From Mustelus asterias (lineage: Eukaryota): 63,826 nucleotides of DNA. How positions within the stretch are numbered: the first letter of the stretch is position 1; every line of letters starts with the position of its first letter. Both the position numbers and the translations under genes were made by a program. The notes under the pieces were generated by a model. It was not told the DNA's origin, made no database searches, and was given only the letters and a program-made list of their open reading frames with translations. Shown here piece after piece: positions 24,052 to 34,920 of the stretch. The stretch covers positions 175 through 64,000 of the forward strand of contig NW_027591183.1 of NCBI RefSeq assembly GCF_964213995.1, written 5' to 3'.

Positions 24052-24123
24052 GGTTTCATGATGTCACGGTGAGCACGTTGGACTTTCAATCCAGCAGTCT
24101 GAGTCCGAGTCTCGGTGGAACCA
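24052..24123 (+). pseudogene. tRNA-Gln-derived pseudogene; anticodon now reads TTC
   Basis: GGTTTCATGATGTCACGGTGAGCACGTTGGACTTTCAATCCAGC...GAGTCTCGGTGGAACCA aligns to vertebrate tRNA-Gln; A and B boxes are damaged. Confidence 0.75.
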
Positions 24124-24236
24124 CGATTCTCATCGTCCCAACTCCTGTTTATCTTGGGACTCCTGTTTACCCTGTTCATGTTGAGTGAGGTTTTGAGGGT
24201 TTTTGTACAGGTTCAGCCCAGCTCTGTGTCTCTGTG

Positions 24237-25127
24237 GGTCTCAGTGCGCAGTAATACACCCCGGAGTCTGCCAGCTCTGTTTTAGACATTTTCAGCGGGA
24301 CCGTGCGGGTTGTATCATTGAGCTCCGCTGATAAACGGTCTCCTGGGAATCTCTCTTTGTTCCCGGTATATTTGCTTCTCATCAGTAGATACTCCATGGA
24401 TCCGCTGGGATACTGACGGTACCAGAATAGGTAATAATTGTCAGTGCTTGCAGTTGTATAATTACAGAATAACTGAACATCATCTCCTTCACTCACTGTG
24501 ACTGCAGCCGGGATCTGTGAAACTGGATCTCCTCCACATTGTCCTGTAAGAGCCAAGAGTAATGCGAAATTAAACGATGTCAGTTCACTTTGTTTAATGG
24601 CCGGATTCGGCCCGTCACCCTGGCCAATAATCTGAAAAACGAACCACAGCATCTAAACAGGAATATAAATCCCGCAACACGCAGGTTGTAACGGGAACGT
24701 GTTTGTCGCGGTTAAATGACACTCCGTTAAATGAACACCTTCGAAGGAGATCAGATCCTCGCCTTCGTTTCACGTTATTTGATGGGGAAACTAAACTGTC
24801 CGTGGGTTTTAGATCTCGGGTTTGTCAAAGCTTTCATCCAGATTTTATCAAGTTTGTCAAAGTCCCTCAGCGGCTCCGGTGGGGCCTGCAATCCCACCTT
24901 AACTCTTCACTCTCATTCAGCTGAGGTATTTTGCCTCCTCCCTTGCTGAAACAAAGATGATTCTAATTGATATTAGAATCAATATATATTTTAATAGTGC
25001 GTTAATCGAACTGCTCAATTGAATGCAGTGAATGGTAAATATGTGAAACGCAGAGTTTGTAACTTGTGAACCTACCGGTTAGTAGAGCTGCAGCTGTGAG
25101 GAATAAGCTCAGAGTCACAGGAGACAT
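24237..25127 (-). CDS. TRAV: V8: TCR alpha/delta V segment, apparently functional
   Basis: Leader 25127-25076 (MSPVTLSLFLTAAALLT). V exon 24543-24237 ending DSGVYYCALRP. RSS CACAGAG-23-ACAAAAACC at 24236-24198. Confidence 0.95.
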
Positions 25128-25439
25128 GTTTGCAGAGAGGTCGAGGGGGATGTGAGCAGAGAGGGTTGAAGTTAACATTTTAATTGTCAAGAGCTGGTGA
25201 GAAGTTGAGTTACATCCGGGCCGCTGTTGATTGGTTCATTCCTGACAACGTCACTCATTGACAGCCAACCGTAGAATTCCATTGTCTTCAAATGACCCAA
25301 TCAGCGCTCGGCTCCCTTGGCTCTCAGCGTCGGGAGAAATAAACTGAGGAGTTTGTTCCCCCCTCGGGGACCTGGACAGGGATGAGACCCAAACTTGTCC
25401 AGTTAATCGCTTCAACCTGTAAGGCGGAGTGAGAACAGG

Positions 25440-25915
25440 AAATCGGTTAATTTTTAACTGTTCTCTTCCTTTTATTCCTTTATTGTCTTTCTTATCCACC
25501 TCCTACGCTTTCCCCTTTCCTTATCTTTTCTCCTCCTTTGCTTCCCTTTCCCCCCGTTTTCTCAATTTTACCTCTTTTCCACCCATCTCCCCCCTCCCTC
25601 CTTATCTTCATCTGTCACAGCTTACCCTCTGATTTCAGTTTCTCTGTCGTTTGGCCATTCACACCTATTATTCTCTCTTTGGACTGCCATTTGCAGCTTT
25701 TCCCTTTGTTTTTGTGGCTATGACTCATATTTCATTCCCTCATCAAAAAGTATAAACATCTCCCACTTCTCATGCCTTTTAGCTTTGACAAAGGGTCATC
25801 CGGACTCGAAACGTCAGCTCTTTTCTTTCCTTATAGGTGCTGCCAAAGCAGCAGAGATATTCCAGCATTTTTCTTTTGGTTTCAGATTCCAGCATCAACA
25901 GTAATTTGCTTTTAT
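25440..25915 (+). mobile_element. Decayed Penelope-type 3' terminus with pyrimidine-rich tract
   Basis: TTGACAAAGGGTCATCCGGACTCGAAACGTCAGCT (a degenerate hammerhead-like core) followed by GCTGCC...TTCCAGCA...TTTCAGATTCCAGCATC. Similar remnant at ~2370-2490. Confidence 0.5.
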
Positions 25916-26238
25916 TTTAAATTAGTTAATGGTGTTCCTGAATCATAGCCGGAGCCCAAATTAAAAGAGCTGATCTGGAACTGTGAAAACTCCCCGTAGC
26001 TGATGCAGGAGGCCACTGAGTCCTGAGAGAATTGAATACAACAATGTGGTCAATAGCCAAACACCATCTTTTAAATGGGATGAATGGAGGGCTAGAATTA
26101 GCTATTTAACAGATTTACGCAGAATGAGAGTGGATGGACATTCCATGTAGACCTGACCTTAGGATCTCGATCACTTGCAATATTCGCAGCATTGTTACAC
26201 AAAAAATCGTGTTCACGGTAAAGGGGTGGTTCGTCCAA

Positions 26239-26839
26239 ACTATGTTTCTGCATTTGTTCCTTCAATCAAATTTTCTTCAATCAAGACACGCGCTCCGATA
26301 ATGAACTTAATACAATGTCCTTCTGCCCTCTCCTGGTGGAAAAAAGCACTACAATATACAACTTTAATCGGTATTTTGTCAGAATTAACACTGGCTGTGT
26401 TTCATGATGTTAGATCCAGTTTCCACTATTCCCCCCAACCCGCATCTTGTATTAGAAATAGATTTTATGTCATCCATTCTACTTCTACCTGAACTCCTGA
26501 AGATAGAGGTGGAGTGACACAATATCCATGATCCGCTCTAAAAAGATTGTTGGAACATCGGATGATCAATGAGTTCCAACAATGAAAATCAGATTTAATA
26601 CCTCCAGGCGCAATCAAAAAGAAAAGAAAGTAAAAATATACTTCATACTGAGGAGACTGATCAGCAGTTGTTGGAATCAATCTTGATTCCAAAAATGAAA
26701 CAGGTTGTTTTAAAGCTGTATATTGTAGTGCTTTTTTTCCACCAGGAGAGGGAAGAAGGACATTGCATTAAGTTCATTATCGGAGCGCGTGTCTTTATTG
26801 AAGAAAATTTGATTGAAGGAACAAATGCAGAAACATAGT
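26239..26839. repeat. Foldback/MITE-like structure with ~128-bp inverted repeats
   Basis: 26239-26366 is the near-perfect reverse complement of 26711-26839. Confidence 0.85.
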
Positions 26840-27480
26840 GTTAACACTGATAACAAACTTATTATTTTTTGAAATATTCTTATGAATTGTCAATGTTGCC
26901 ACTCCTGTAGTTATGTAACATACATTCGATGGATAGACTAGTTCCCATTGCACAAGTTCCCAAATTATCGAACGATATTTTAGGACTAACATCAGGACCT
27001 TCTTCTTGTCAGACCGGGACTGGTCACAGTGTGGAATGAAACTTCAGAAAGAACGAGAGAGCAAAATGCACTGCAATCGTTGGATCGTAGAACAGAAGGA
27101 ACGTTGTAAGCTCTCCCGCAATGAAAGAGCTATAACAAGAAGGAGGAAACAGCTCTTCTCATTTATAACTATCTCGTGAACTGCAACTTGTCGAAGATCC
27201 AAGTGAAGAATTGCACCCTGGAATTACCAGTATTCACCAGTAGAGAGCAGTGTGTCGCGTGAGAAATATTTAATCTGGGCGTGTCAGGTGTGTCCTCAGA
27301 GGTTGTGTGGGCCTGTGTCAGTGTGAAACGCTCAGTATGGGTGGCTAAAGTAGAACCCGCCTAATGTTGTCAGTTCAACATAAACACGGCACTGAACTGA
27401 ACCCGAAGAGAATACTTGGTTCCGGGTTAATTTCCATCTCCTGGTTCAAAGCTGATCTCGGTGTTGTGTGTGAACTGAGA

Positions 27481-27813
27481 ATGGTCAGGATTTGCATCGA
27501 CGTTTTGTTGTTTATCACTCTGATCTGCACGGGGATGACCGGAGAAGCTGAGTTGCTGCAGCTCCCTCCACGGATGGTTATCAGTGAAGCGAGAAATATA
27601 TCCATGAACTGCACTATTTCCATTACGTTTGACATCGTGCGTTGGTATAAACAGCTCCCGAATCAGTCACCCCAGCATCTGGTGATGGCCACAAGAGGAA
27701 CCGATCAACATGGGAGGATCACTGCTTCGATCGGTGAAGGCAGCAAACTCAGCATCCTGACTGTGAGGGACGTACAGGTTTCAGACACTGCCACCTATCT
27801 CTGCGCCGTGAGG
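27481..27813 (+). CDS. TRAV: V9: intronless (single-exon leader+V) TCR V segment with RSS
   Basis: Continuous 111-codon ORF MVRICIDVLLFITLICTG-MTGEAELLQ...MNC...WYKQ...DTATYLCAVR. RSS CACAGTG (27814)-23-GCCAAAACC (27844-27852). Confidence 0.92.
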
Positions 27814-28211
27814 CACAGTGTAAAAAACACAGGCAGGTCCCGTGCCAAAACCTGCACCGCTTTCAAAAACCGCTCCGCAGAAATATCAGTGTTTCAACAA
27901 GCGCGGTATTAAATTCCAATGGTAAGGGGAATGAGAGCGAAACATTTCTTGAATCAGAAAATTTTAAAAAGCTTAAAATGAAGAGAGTTGGGAATGTATT
28001 CAAAGAAAATGGAAGAGGTTACATGCAAATCAGAATGAAAGAAAGACAAAGCGAAAAAGTGCAGTAAGAATACGTAAAGAGCCGGACTGTATGACCTGAA
28101 GCCAACAGACAGCACGGCCTCCCAGTCTTTCCTGTCGTCTATCACGCAAGTCTTGGACGACGGCGAGCGGGAGAGCCTGACAGACCGGTAGCTCTGGATG
28201 AGCTGACAAAG

Positions 28212-28435
28212 TCCCGTGTCTGCGTGGGTTTCCTCCGGGTGCTCCAGTTTCCTTCAACAGTCCAAAGATGTGCAGGTTAGTTTGATTGGCCATGATAAAT
28301 TGACCCTAGTGTCAGGGGGATTAGCGGGGCAAATGTATGAGGCTACGGGACTAGGGCCTGGGTAGACTTGCGATAGGTACAGACTCGGTGGGCCGAATGG
28401 CATTTTTCTGTACTGTACAAATTCTATGATCTATG
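28212..28435 (+). mobile_element. 5'-truncated HE1-type SINE
   Basis: V-domain core and CR1-like tail. Confidence 0.8.
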
Positions 28436-28653
28436 ATTCTATTATGTGGATATGTGTCAGTCTTTCCAGGTGACCGTGCGTGAACCTGTTTCCAATATGC
28501 GGCAGTGCTGTCCACGGGAGGGCGCTCTCTGATCACTTATGAAAAATCACGATTCCCTTCAGAGGGAGCGACTTTTTGGTTGACTTTGGTTGACTTTTTG
28601 GTTCGGTTGATTGGCCATGCTAAAATTGCCCTTAGTGTCCTGAGATGTGTAGG

Positions 28654-28950
28654 TTAAACACAGGTTAAAGAGATGTGTATTGTCTCAATACACAATAGAC
28701 AATACACATCTCTTTAACCTGTGTTTAATGTTCCCTCCATCCACATTATCTGTACCTTTAAGACCTGGCTGGCTGTAGAGATTTGCATTCTAATTAGTAT
28801 TCTGTAACTTGATTTCTGTGTCTCTGTGCACTGTTGGAGAACAGATTTTCACTCCATCTGACGAAGGAGCAGCGCTCCGAAAGCTAATGGTATTTGCTGC
28901 CAAATAAACCTGTTGGACTTTAACCTGGTGTTGTGAGACTTCTTACTGTG
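28654..28950 (+). mobile_element. Penelope terminal fragment replacing the V10 promoter and the start of its leader
   Basis: Shares CCAAATAAACCTGTTGGACTTTAACCTGGTG with the 12858-14395 element; perfect 32-bp hairpin at 28654-28728. Confidence 0.85.
28854..28890 (+). ncRNA. Minimal type I hammerhead ribozyme motif
   Basis: CCAT-CTGACGA-A-GGAGC-AGC-GCTCC-GAAA-GC-TA-ATGG: stems I and II paired, core intact, palindromic AGCT in place of stem III. Confidence 0.75.
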
Positions 28951-29394
28951 ATTATCCTGATCACAGGTTGGTCATTTTGAACCTTTGACTGAAATCCGCC
29001 AATCACCATATTCATTCCCCATTTCCATTTCTAGGCGATTATTCCGTTGTTGTTACTCCTTCTAAACCGCTGCGCGTCTGTTGTCTATTTTCAGAGATGA
29101 GCAATGGAGACTCAGTTTCCCAGGAGTTGACGCAGCAGAGGGTGAAGATTCAGCAATACCCTGCAGTTACTCTGTGCTGAGTTCAGCTACAGTCTATGTC
29201 CTGTTCTGGTATTGCCAGTATCCACACCGAGCTCCTCAGTATCTGCTCAGACCCGATAGTTATGGGTTTACCGATACGGCTCCCGGCTTTGGACACTTCA
29301 GCGGGAATCTCAGCCAGACACAAAGCTCTTTTCACTTGTCCATGAAAGATTCCAAGATGACAGACAACGCCGTGTATTACTGTGCACTGAGACC
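28951..29394 (+). pseudogene. TRAV: V10: V6-family pseudogene with intact RSS
   Basis: Only 28951-28966 of the leader remains. A 10-nt deletion near the start of the V exon (which begins at 29095) causes a frameshift. RSS CACAGTG-23-ACAAAAACT at 29395-29433. Confidence 0.9.
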
Positions 29395-30360
29395 CACAGT
29401 GAATGAGGATCCCGCGGGCCTCGTACAAAAACTGGCTCAGGTCCACAATCAATGGTTCCTTGTCCGCAAAACACATTGCGTTGAATTTCAGAGAAAATGC
29501 GCAGATCATGACCCTGACAATGCAGCCCCAGCTGAGTGGCTTTCAGTCCCTAACGTCAGTGATTGTCACTGTTGGGGAAATGTGACATTTGGTGCTCAGT
29601 TTATTCCTGGATAAATCCAATCATTTCCTGATCCCAATCACACAAAACCCACAGATGTCCCGGGTGAATAACTTAATAAATCAGTACTTCCAATCTTTCT
29701 GTATCAGATGCCTATCTGTCAGGGGACACCTGTTAAATGTGATCTAATATCAAAGGCACACTGAGAGTTGTCACATTTTGAAGTTTCTGGACAGAAATAA
29801 TGACTGATTGAAATCAGTACTTTCCCAGTATAAGAGTAATCCCAGTGGAAACGCAAGTCAATGTGGACTTGGGTGATGACTTATCCCCGGTATAAATAAA
29901 GCAGTAACTACTATTATGTTCATGCAGTGGATGCACTCATTAATACCCGCAGAGTAAATGAGTGTAAATTATTTATTTCACTTTTAACTTTATTTAGAAA
30001 GTAAGATCTATCTATAAAAAGGGGGACATTGAGTTCGAACGAAAGAGGGTTAACCGAGAAAGCGACAGTGTAACTGATAATGTTATTCACCTTTCATGGA
30101 GAGAGAAAGAGAGTGAGAAAAACACACACAGCCCGAGATGGAATGTGTTTGGAGGGAGCCAGCTGTGTTTAGTCCTCCATCAACAGGGTTTGGTCCACAG
30201 CTGACGTCATCTCAAGGGGACCAGCCAATTGCAACACTGAGAAAAGCCCCCAATTTGCCTATTGTTGAAGTTGCCTCTGATCTGAGTTGACTCCGTGATA
30301 TAAACTAGAAGCAACAACATATTTTAAACAGTGTCGCTGTTTACTGTCCAATCAGGATCC

Positions 30361-30805
30361 ATGTGTTCCCTGTGTGCTTTACTGATAATAATGGTCATGC
30401 TGCCCGGTGAGTCTGAGCTCAAATCCTCAGTGTGTGTTTCATGGGTTATATTCACTCAGATTTCTCACACAGTCTATATGTTGTTACAGGAACCAGTGGC
30501 CAAAGTTCAGTTTCCAAGGAGCCGCCTGAATTAACGGTTCAGGAAGGACAGACGGTAATTTTGAACTGCAGTTATAAAGCAAAATACGTTGACCAAACTC
30601 TATTCTGGTACATCCTGTATCCCGGAGAAGCTCCGAGATATTTATTGAAAAGTTACGGCAAGGGGAAGGGGGCTAAGTCTCCCGATTTTTCGGACCAGTT
30701 TTCTGCTAATTTGGACAGAGACAAGAAAACAGCTTCATTAAATATGACCGGGGTCCGTGTCTCTGACTCTGCTGTGTATCTGTAACAGTGTGCGCTGAAC
30801 CGCAG
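30361..30805 (+). pseudogene. TRAV: V11: V13-family pseudogene with scrambled 3' end and heptamer
   Basis: Leader 30361-30406. V exon from 30490 is open to DSAVYL*. Heptamer position reads ACCGCAG; spacer and nonamer (30829-30837) are intact. Confidence 0.92.
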
Positions 30806-32231
30806 TTACAGAGACACAGTTAGTCCGTACAAAAACCAGCAAAGGCATTCTCACCTCCTCTCACTGAATCCGATCTCTGAGCTGGATTGTGAACTGTTAA
30901 TATAAACAAAATCATATCATTAAAACCAGTTAAACCGAATGATCACGTTCTTTGTGCTGAATGTCTGTCAGTGTATGTAAAATCCCTCTTTATAGTAGTT
31001 TCTGTGGTTTACGAGCAACTCTGAATAGGAGACGCTGGTGCTGTTATTACAACATGAAATAAAACTCATCAGAGTCATATCTCAAAAATCATCTCAGTCA
31101 AACCCCTACATTCGCTTTAATGCGCTCTATGTGTCAAAGAGAGCGATGATTATACAGTCGTTTGATTTCTTGAAGACAGTTGATGGATTTGTGGATATTC
31201 AGGGAAATAACGGATATCGAGGTAGTCATAGAGGTTTACAGCATGGAAACAGACCCTTCGGCCCAACTTGTCTATGCCATCCTTTTTTTAACCACTATGC
31301 TAGTTCCAATTGCCCGCGATTGGTCCATATCCCAACAAAATATTTGTCTGAGCAGAAAGACTTATCCCGCGGTTTCGATTTCCCAAAGTACTTCTGGTGA
31401 TTACAGCAGACTTTTAAAGAAAGACTTCCGGGTATGTGGGTGTTGCTGGCTCGGCCGCTATTTATTGCCCATCCCTAGTTGTCCTTCAGGAACTTTCTGA
31501 CGCTCTTTTCAATTAGGGTTCTGCATTCAGTCGATTTTCTTATCAAATGTTCCAGTGTCTAGAGTACACCAAACCTGTTCTTAGAGATAATTTACTTATT
31601 AATCATTGTTCATTGGATTCTAAGCATGCATTGAAATAAACTTCTGTACCTTTACTGTTAAGAATTCTTAGTTTTAATATGTGTCAAGTGTTCATTGTGT
31701 TAATATGAGTCACATTTTTCCGAACTCTTTCCAATGAAGTTTCTCTTCGATTCCCAGTTGATATTTTTATTTCATTACTGTAACATTGAGAGATGTTTAA
31801 TCATGCTGATGTGATTATGAGGATTTGCCTCAGCAGGCGGGCATCAGTTTACACTATTGACTGACATATCAAACCAAACAGCATTGGTTTCTTTGCCCCG
31901 AGTGTTTTTTGAAACATCAGAACAAGGGTACAACTAGTTCAAGGCTACCCTGCAGCATTTTGAATTCTCAACATTAGTGCCGATTTCCCGGTGATTCCAA
32001 ATAAACAACAGCTAATTCTTCCCTCGCACGGTGAATGTAACAATCAGACGGAATCTGTGAACGATTTTAGATGGTGTTTGTGTGAATTGTGGGCTGGTTT
32101 GCGTTCACAGGAATGTATTGACGTGTCAGTGTATAACCCGCTGTTAGAAACAGCTCTTGACAGACAGCAGCTGTGACTCAGAAACCTGCGGCAGTTTTTG
32201 TACGAGGATTTCACTCATTTTCATCACTGTG

Positions 32232-33631
32232 AGACTCTGTGCACAGTAATAGACCGCAGTGTCAGACAGCAGCAACTCCGAGACAGTCAATCGGTACAAC
32301 TTGTCTAACTGCTGGACTGAATCAGAAAACCGGGTCCGAGCGAAATCCGCCTTTAATTCAAAACCGCCGTTCTTGTCTCTCCGGACTGCAAACTCGGGCT
32401 GTCTGCCTGGATATTGACGGTACCAGAATAAATAATAGGCATCGTCGGTAAAGGTGCAGTTTAAAGTGACATCTTCTCCCTCTGTCCGTGTGAGTGAGGA
32501 TTCCCGCCGAGTAACAGAATCTCCATCGCTCAGATCTGGAACACACGGTTAAAGAAAAAACATTGTTTCAAAGTTCAATTGAACTCAGAGAGAAAATTCA
32601 CTGACAGTGTAACATAAAAATATGTATTGAATCATACCACATTCTCTCCAACTGATCTACGTTCCCGTTTACAATCCCCAGGAGATTCCTCCCTCTCGCC
32701 TCTTCTCAATGCATCTGTCCGTTTCTTCCTCAGCTGTTTAGTTTCTCATCATAGAAATCATAGAAACCCTACAGTGCAGAAACAGGCCATTCGGCCCATC
32801 GAGTCTGCACCGACCACAATCCCACCCAGGCCCTACCCCCATATCCCTACATATTTACCCGCTAATCCCCCTAACCTACGCATCTCAGGACACTAAGGGG
32901 CAATTTTAGCATGGCCAATCAACCTAACCCGCACATCTTTGGACTGTGGGAGGAAACCGGAGCACCCGGAGTAAACCCACGCAGACACGAGGAGAATGTG
33001 CAAACTCCACACAGACAGTGACCCGAGCCGGGAATCGAACCCAGGTCCACTGGAACTGTGAAGCAGCAGTGCTAACCACTGTGCTACCATGCCGCCCAGT
33101 TTAGTTCACCTTTAAATTAGTCTTTGCTCCTCTCCTCAAGTGTTCATTGTGTTAATATGAGTCACATTCTACCCAACTCTTTCTAAAGATGTTTCTCTCC
33201 GATTCCCAGTTGATCTATTTGTTTCATTAGATTCATGGGACAGATATTTGGAATCCTTCCACAAGTGGAATCATCCTCTCCCCGTCCACCACACCAATCC
33301 TCGATATCATTATAAATAGATCAGTCAGATTTGCGTTAGTTTCCTTGGTCAGTCGAGAAAGTAATCATAACCTTGCATTCTGATAGCTCTCATCTCCCAA
33401 TCCGGGTACCATCTCTCGAAATCGCCTCTGCAGTGTGCTTTTCGAAACTATTTTCAAAAGACTAAAACCACTCGCAAGGATTCATTTCTGTTCTACGGCA
33501 GATCCAATACCTGTGTAACACGAATGTCCTGCTTTTCAACTTTATCTCTCCAGAAAATAACTCATTTTTAAAGTGTTAAACTCACCAACAATGAATGTCA
33601 CCCAGATCAGAGAGAAAACGGGGAGCCGCAT
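32232..33631 (-). CDS. TRAV: V12: V4-family V segment, apparently functional
   Basis: Leader 33631-33586 (MRLPVFSLIWVTFIV). Open V exon 32535-32232. RSS CACAGTG-23-ACAAAAACT at 32231-32193. Confidence 0.93.
32748..33098 (-). mobile_element. Full-length HE1-type SINE in the V12 leader intron
   Basis: Reverse complement of the 1068-1409 family; absent from the V4 intron. Confidence 0.9.
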
Positions 33632-34194
33632 TGCTGCTGCTCCTGGATTCGGCTCCGAAAGCTGTAGAAGATCGAACAAGATAAAGCAGAGAGCATTGGC
33701 TGGTCTGACGTCACACCCTGCAGACCCTATGGTCGGAAGAGTGGAGATCACTGAATAGAGAATAAAGAGCTGATTGGATATCACAATCCACAAGTTGATT
33801 TATTCCTGACAGCGTCATCAGGTGATAATCCAATAAGCTCCTGGGGTCTTTACTCTGGATTCATCCAACCAGCCGAGAGCTCCTTTCTGCTCTAATTCAT
33901 GACAATAAGAAGCCTCACAACACCAGGTTAAAGTCCAACAGGTTTATTTGGTAGCACAAGCTTTCGGACCGCTGCTCCTAGGGAATCAGACAAACTGTGA
34001 GCACCAGCTCAGTACAATATATTTTCAGCATTCTTAATATCGCAATCCGTCATCATAGTTTAAAATTTAAGAAAATGCTCATTAGAATGAATGCCTCTAT
34101 TTCAGGTTTTATTTCTCTCATTGTTTTTCTGAATTAAATAACTGAATATTGTTTCAAGAGATGTGAAGGAGGAATTGTCTTGGGTTTGGGTAAA

Positions 34195-34620
34195 TTTGAT
34201 TTGATTTGATTTATCATTTTCACATACACTGGTATACAGTGGAAAGTGTTGTTTCTTGCATGCTATACAGACAAATGCTATACACCGAGAAAATAGTGGA
34301 GAAGAACAGGAGAGGGTGCAAGATGCTGTGTTACAAGTATAGCCAGGGTGGAGAGAAAGAAAAGCTTAATGTATGTTAGACCCATTTAGAAGTCCGATGG
34401 CAGCAGCGAAGAAGCTGTTCTTGAATCGGTTGGTATGTGATCTCAGACACCTGTTTCTTTTTCCCAACGGAAGAAGGTGGAAGAGCGTATGTCCGTTGTG
34501 CGTGAGGTCCTTGATTATGCCGGGCGCTTTTCCGAGGCAGCGGGAAGTGTAGACATAGTCAGCGGATGGGCGGCTGGTTTGCGTGATGGACTGGGTTTCT
34601 TCAGAACTCTTTGCAAAGAG
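34195..34620 (-). mobile_element. Rex1/Babar-like LINE 3' fragment
   Basis: IIKDLTHNGHTLFHLLPLGKR...T.RFKNSFF motif and (ATCAA)n tail. Confidence 0.7.
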
Positions 34621-34920
34621 CAGAGATGTGGAATTATTTGTACAGCTCATGCGAAGTAATGGCACAAGCACAATGGGCCAACAGACTCCTCCTTGTCTGT
34701 ACGGTGCACAGATCTCCGTCTGCAACTGAAGTGACTGAACTAATAACTGCTGTTGGTGCAGACCTGGCTCAATATCGCGGTGTTGATATTAATTTGGATT
34801 AACCTTTCCCGCACAAGAGTCAAGAGCTAAAGGTTAACAAAATCGAAATCAAGAGATGTAAAATACTGACAGGTTTCAAACGGCCCGAGTAACAATTTTC
34901 CTGAGGAATGGCTAGCACCA

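Noticed and set aside
27364-27480. N-terminal extension of the V9 ORF from the ATG at 27364
   Set aside because: The hydrophobic signal-like segment starts at the ATG at 27481; the upstream in-frame part is probably promoter or 5' UTR.
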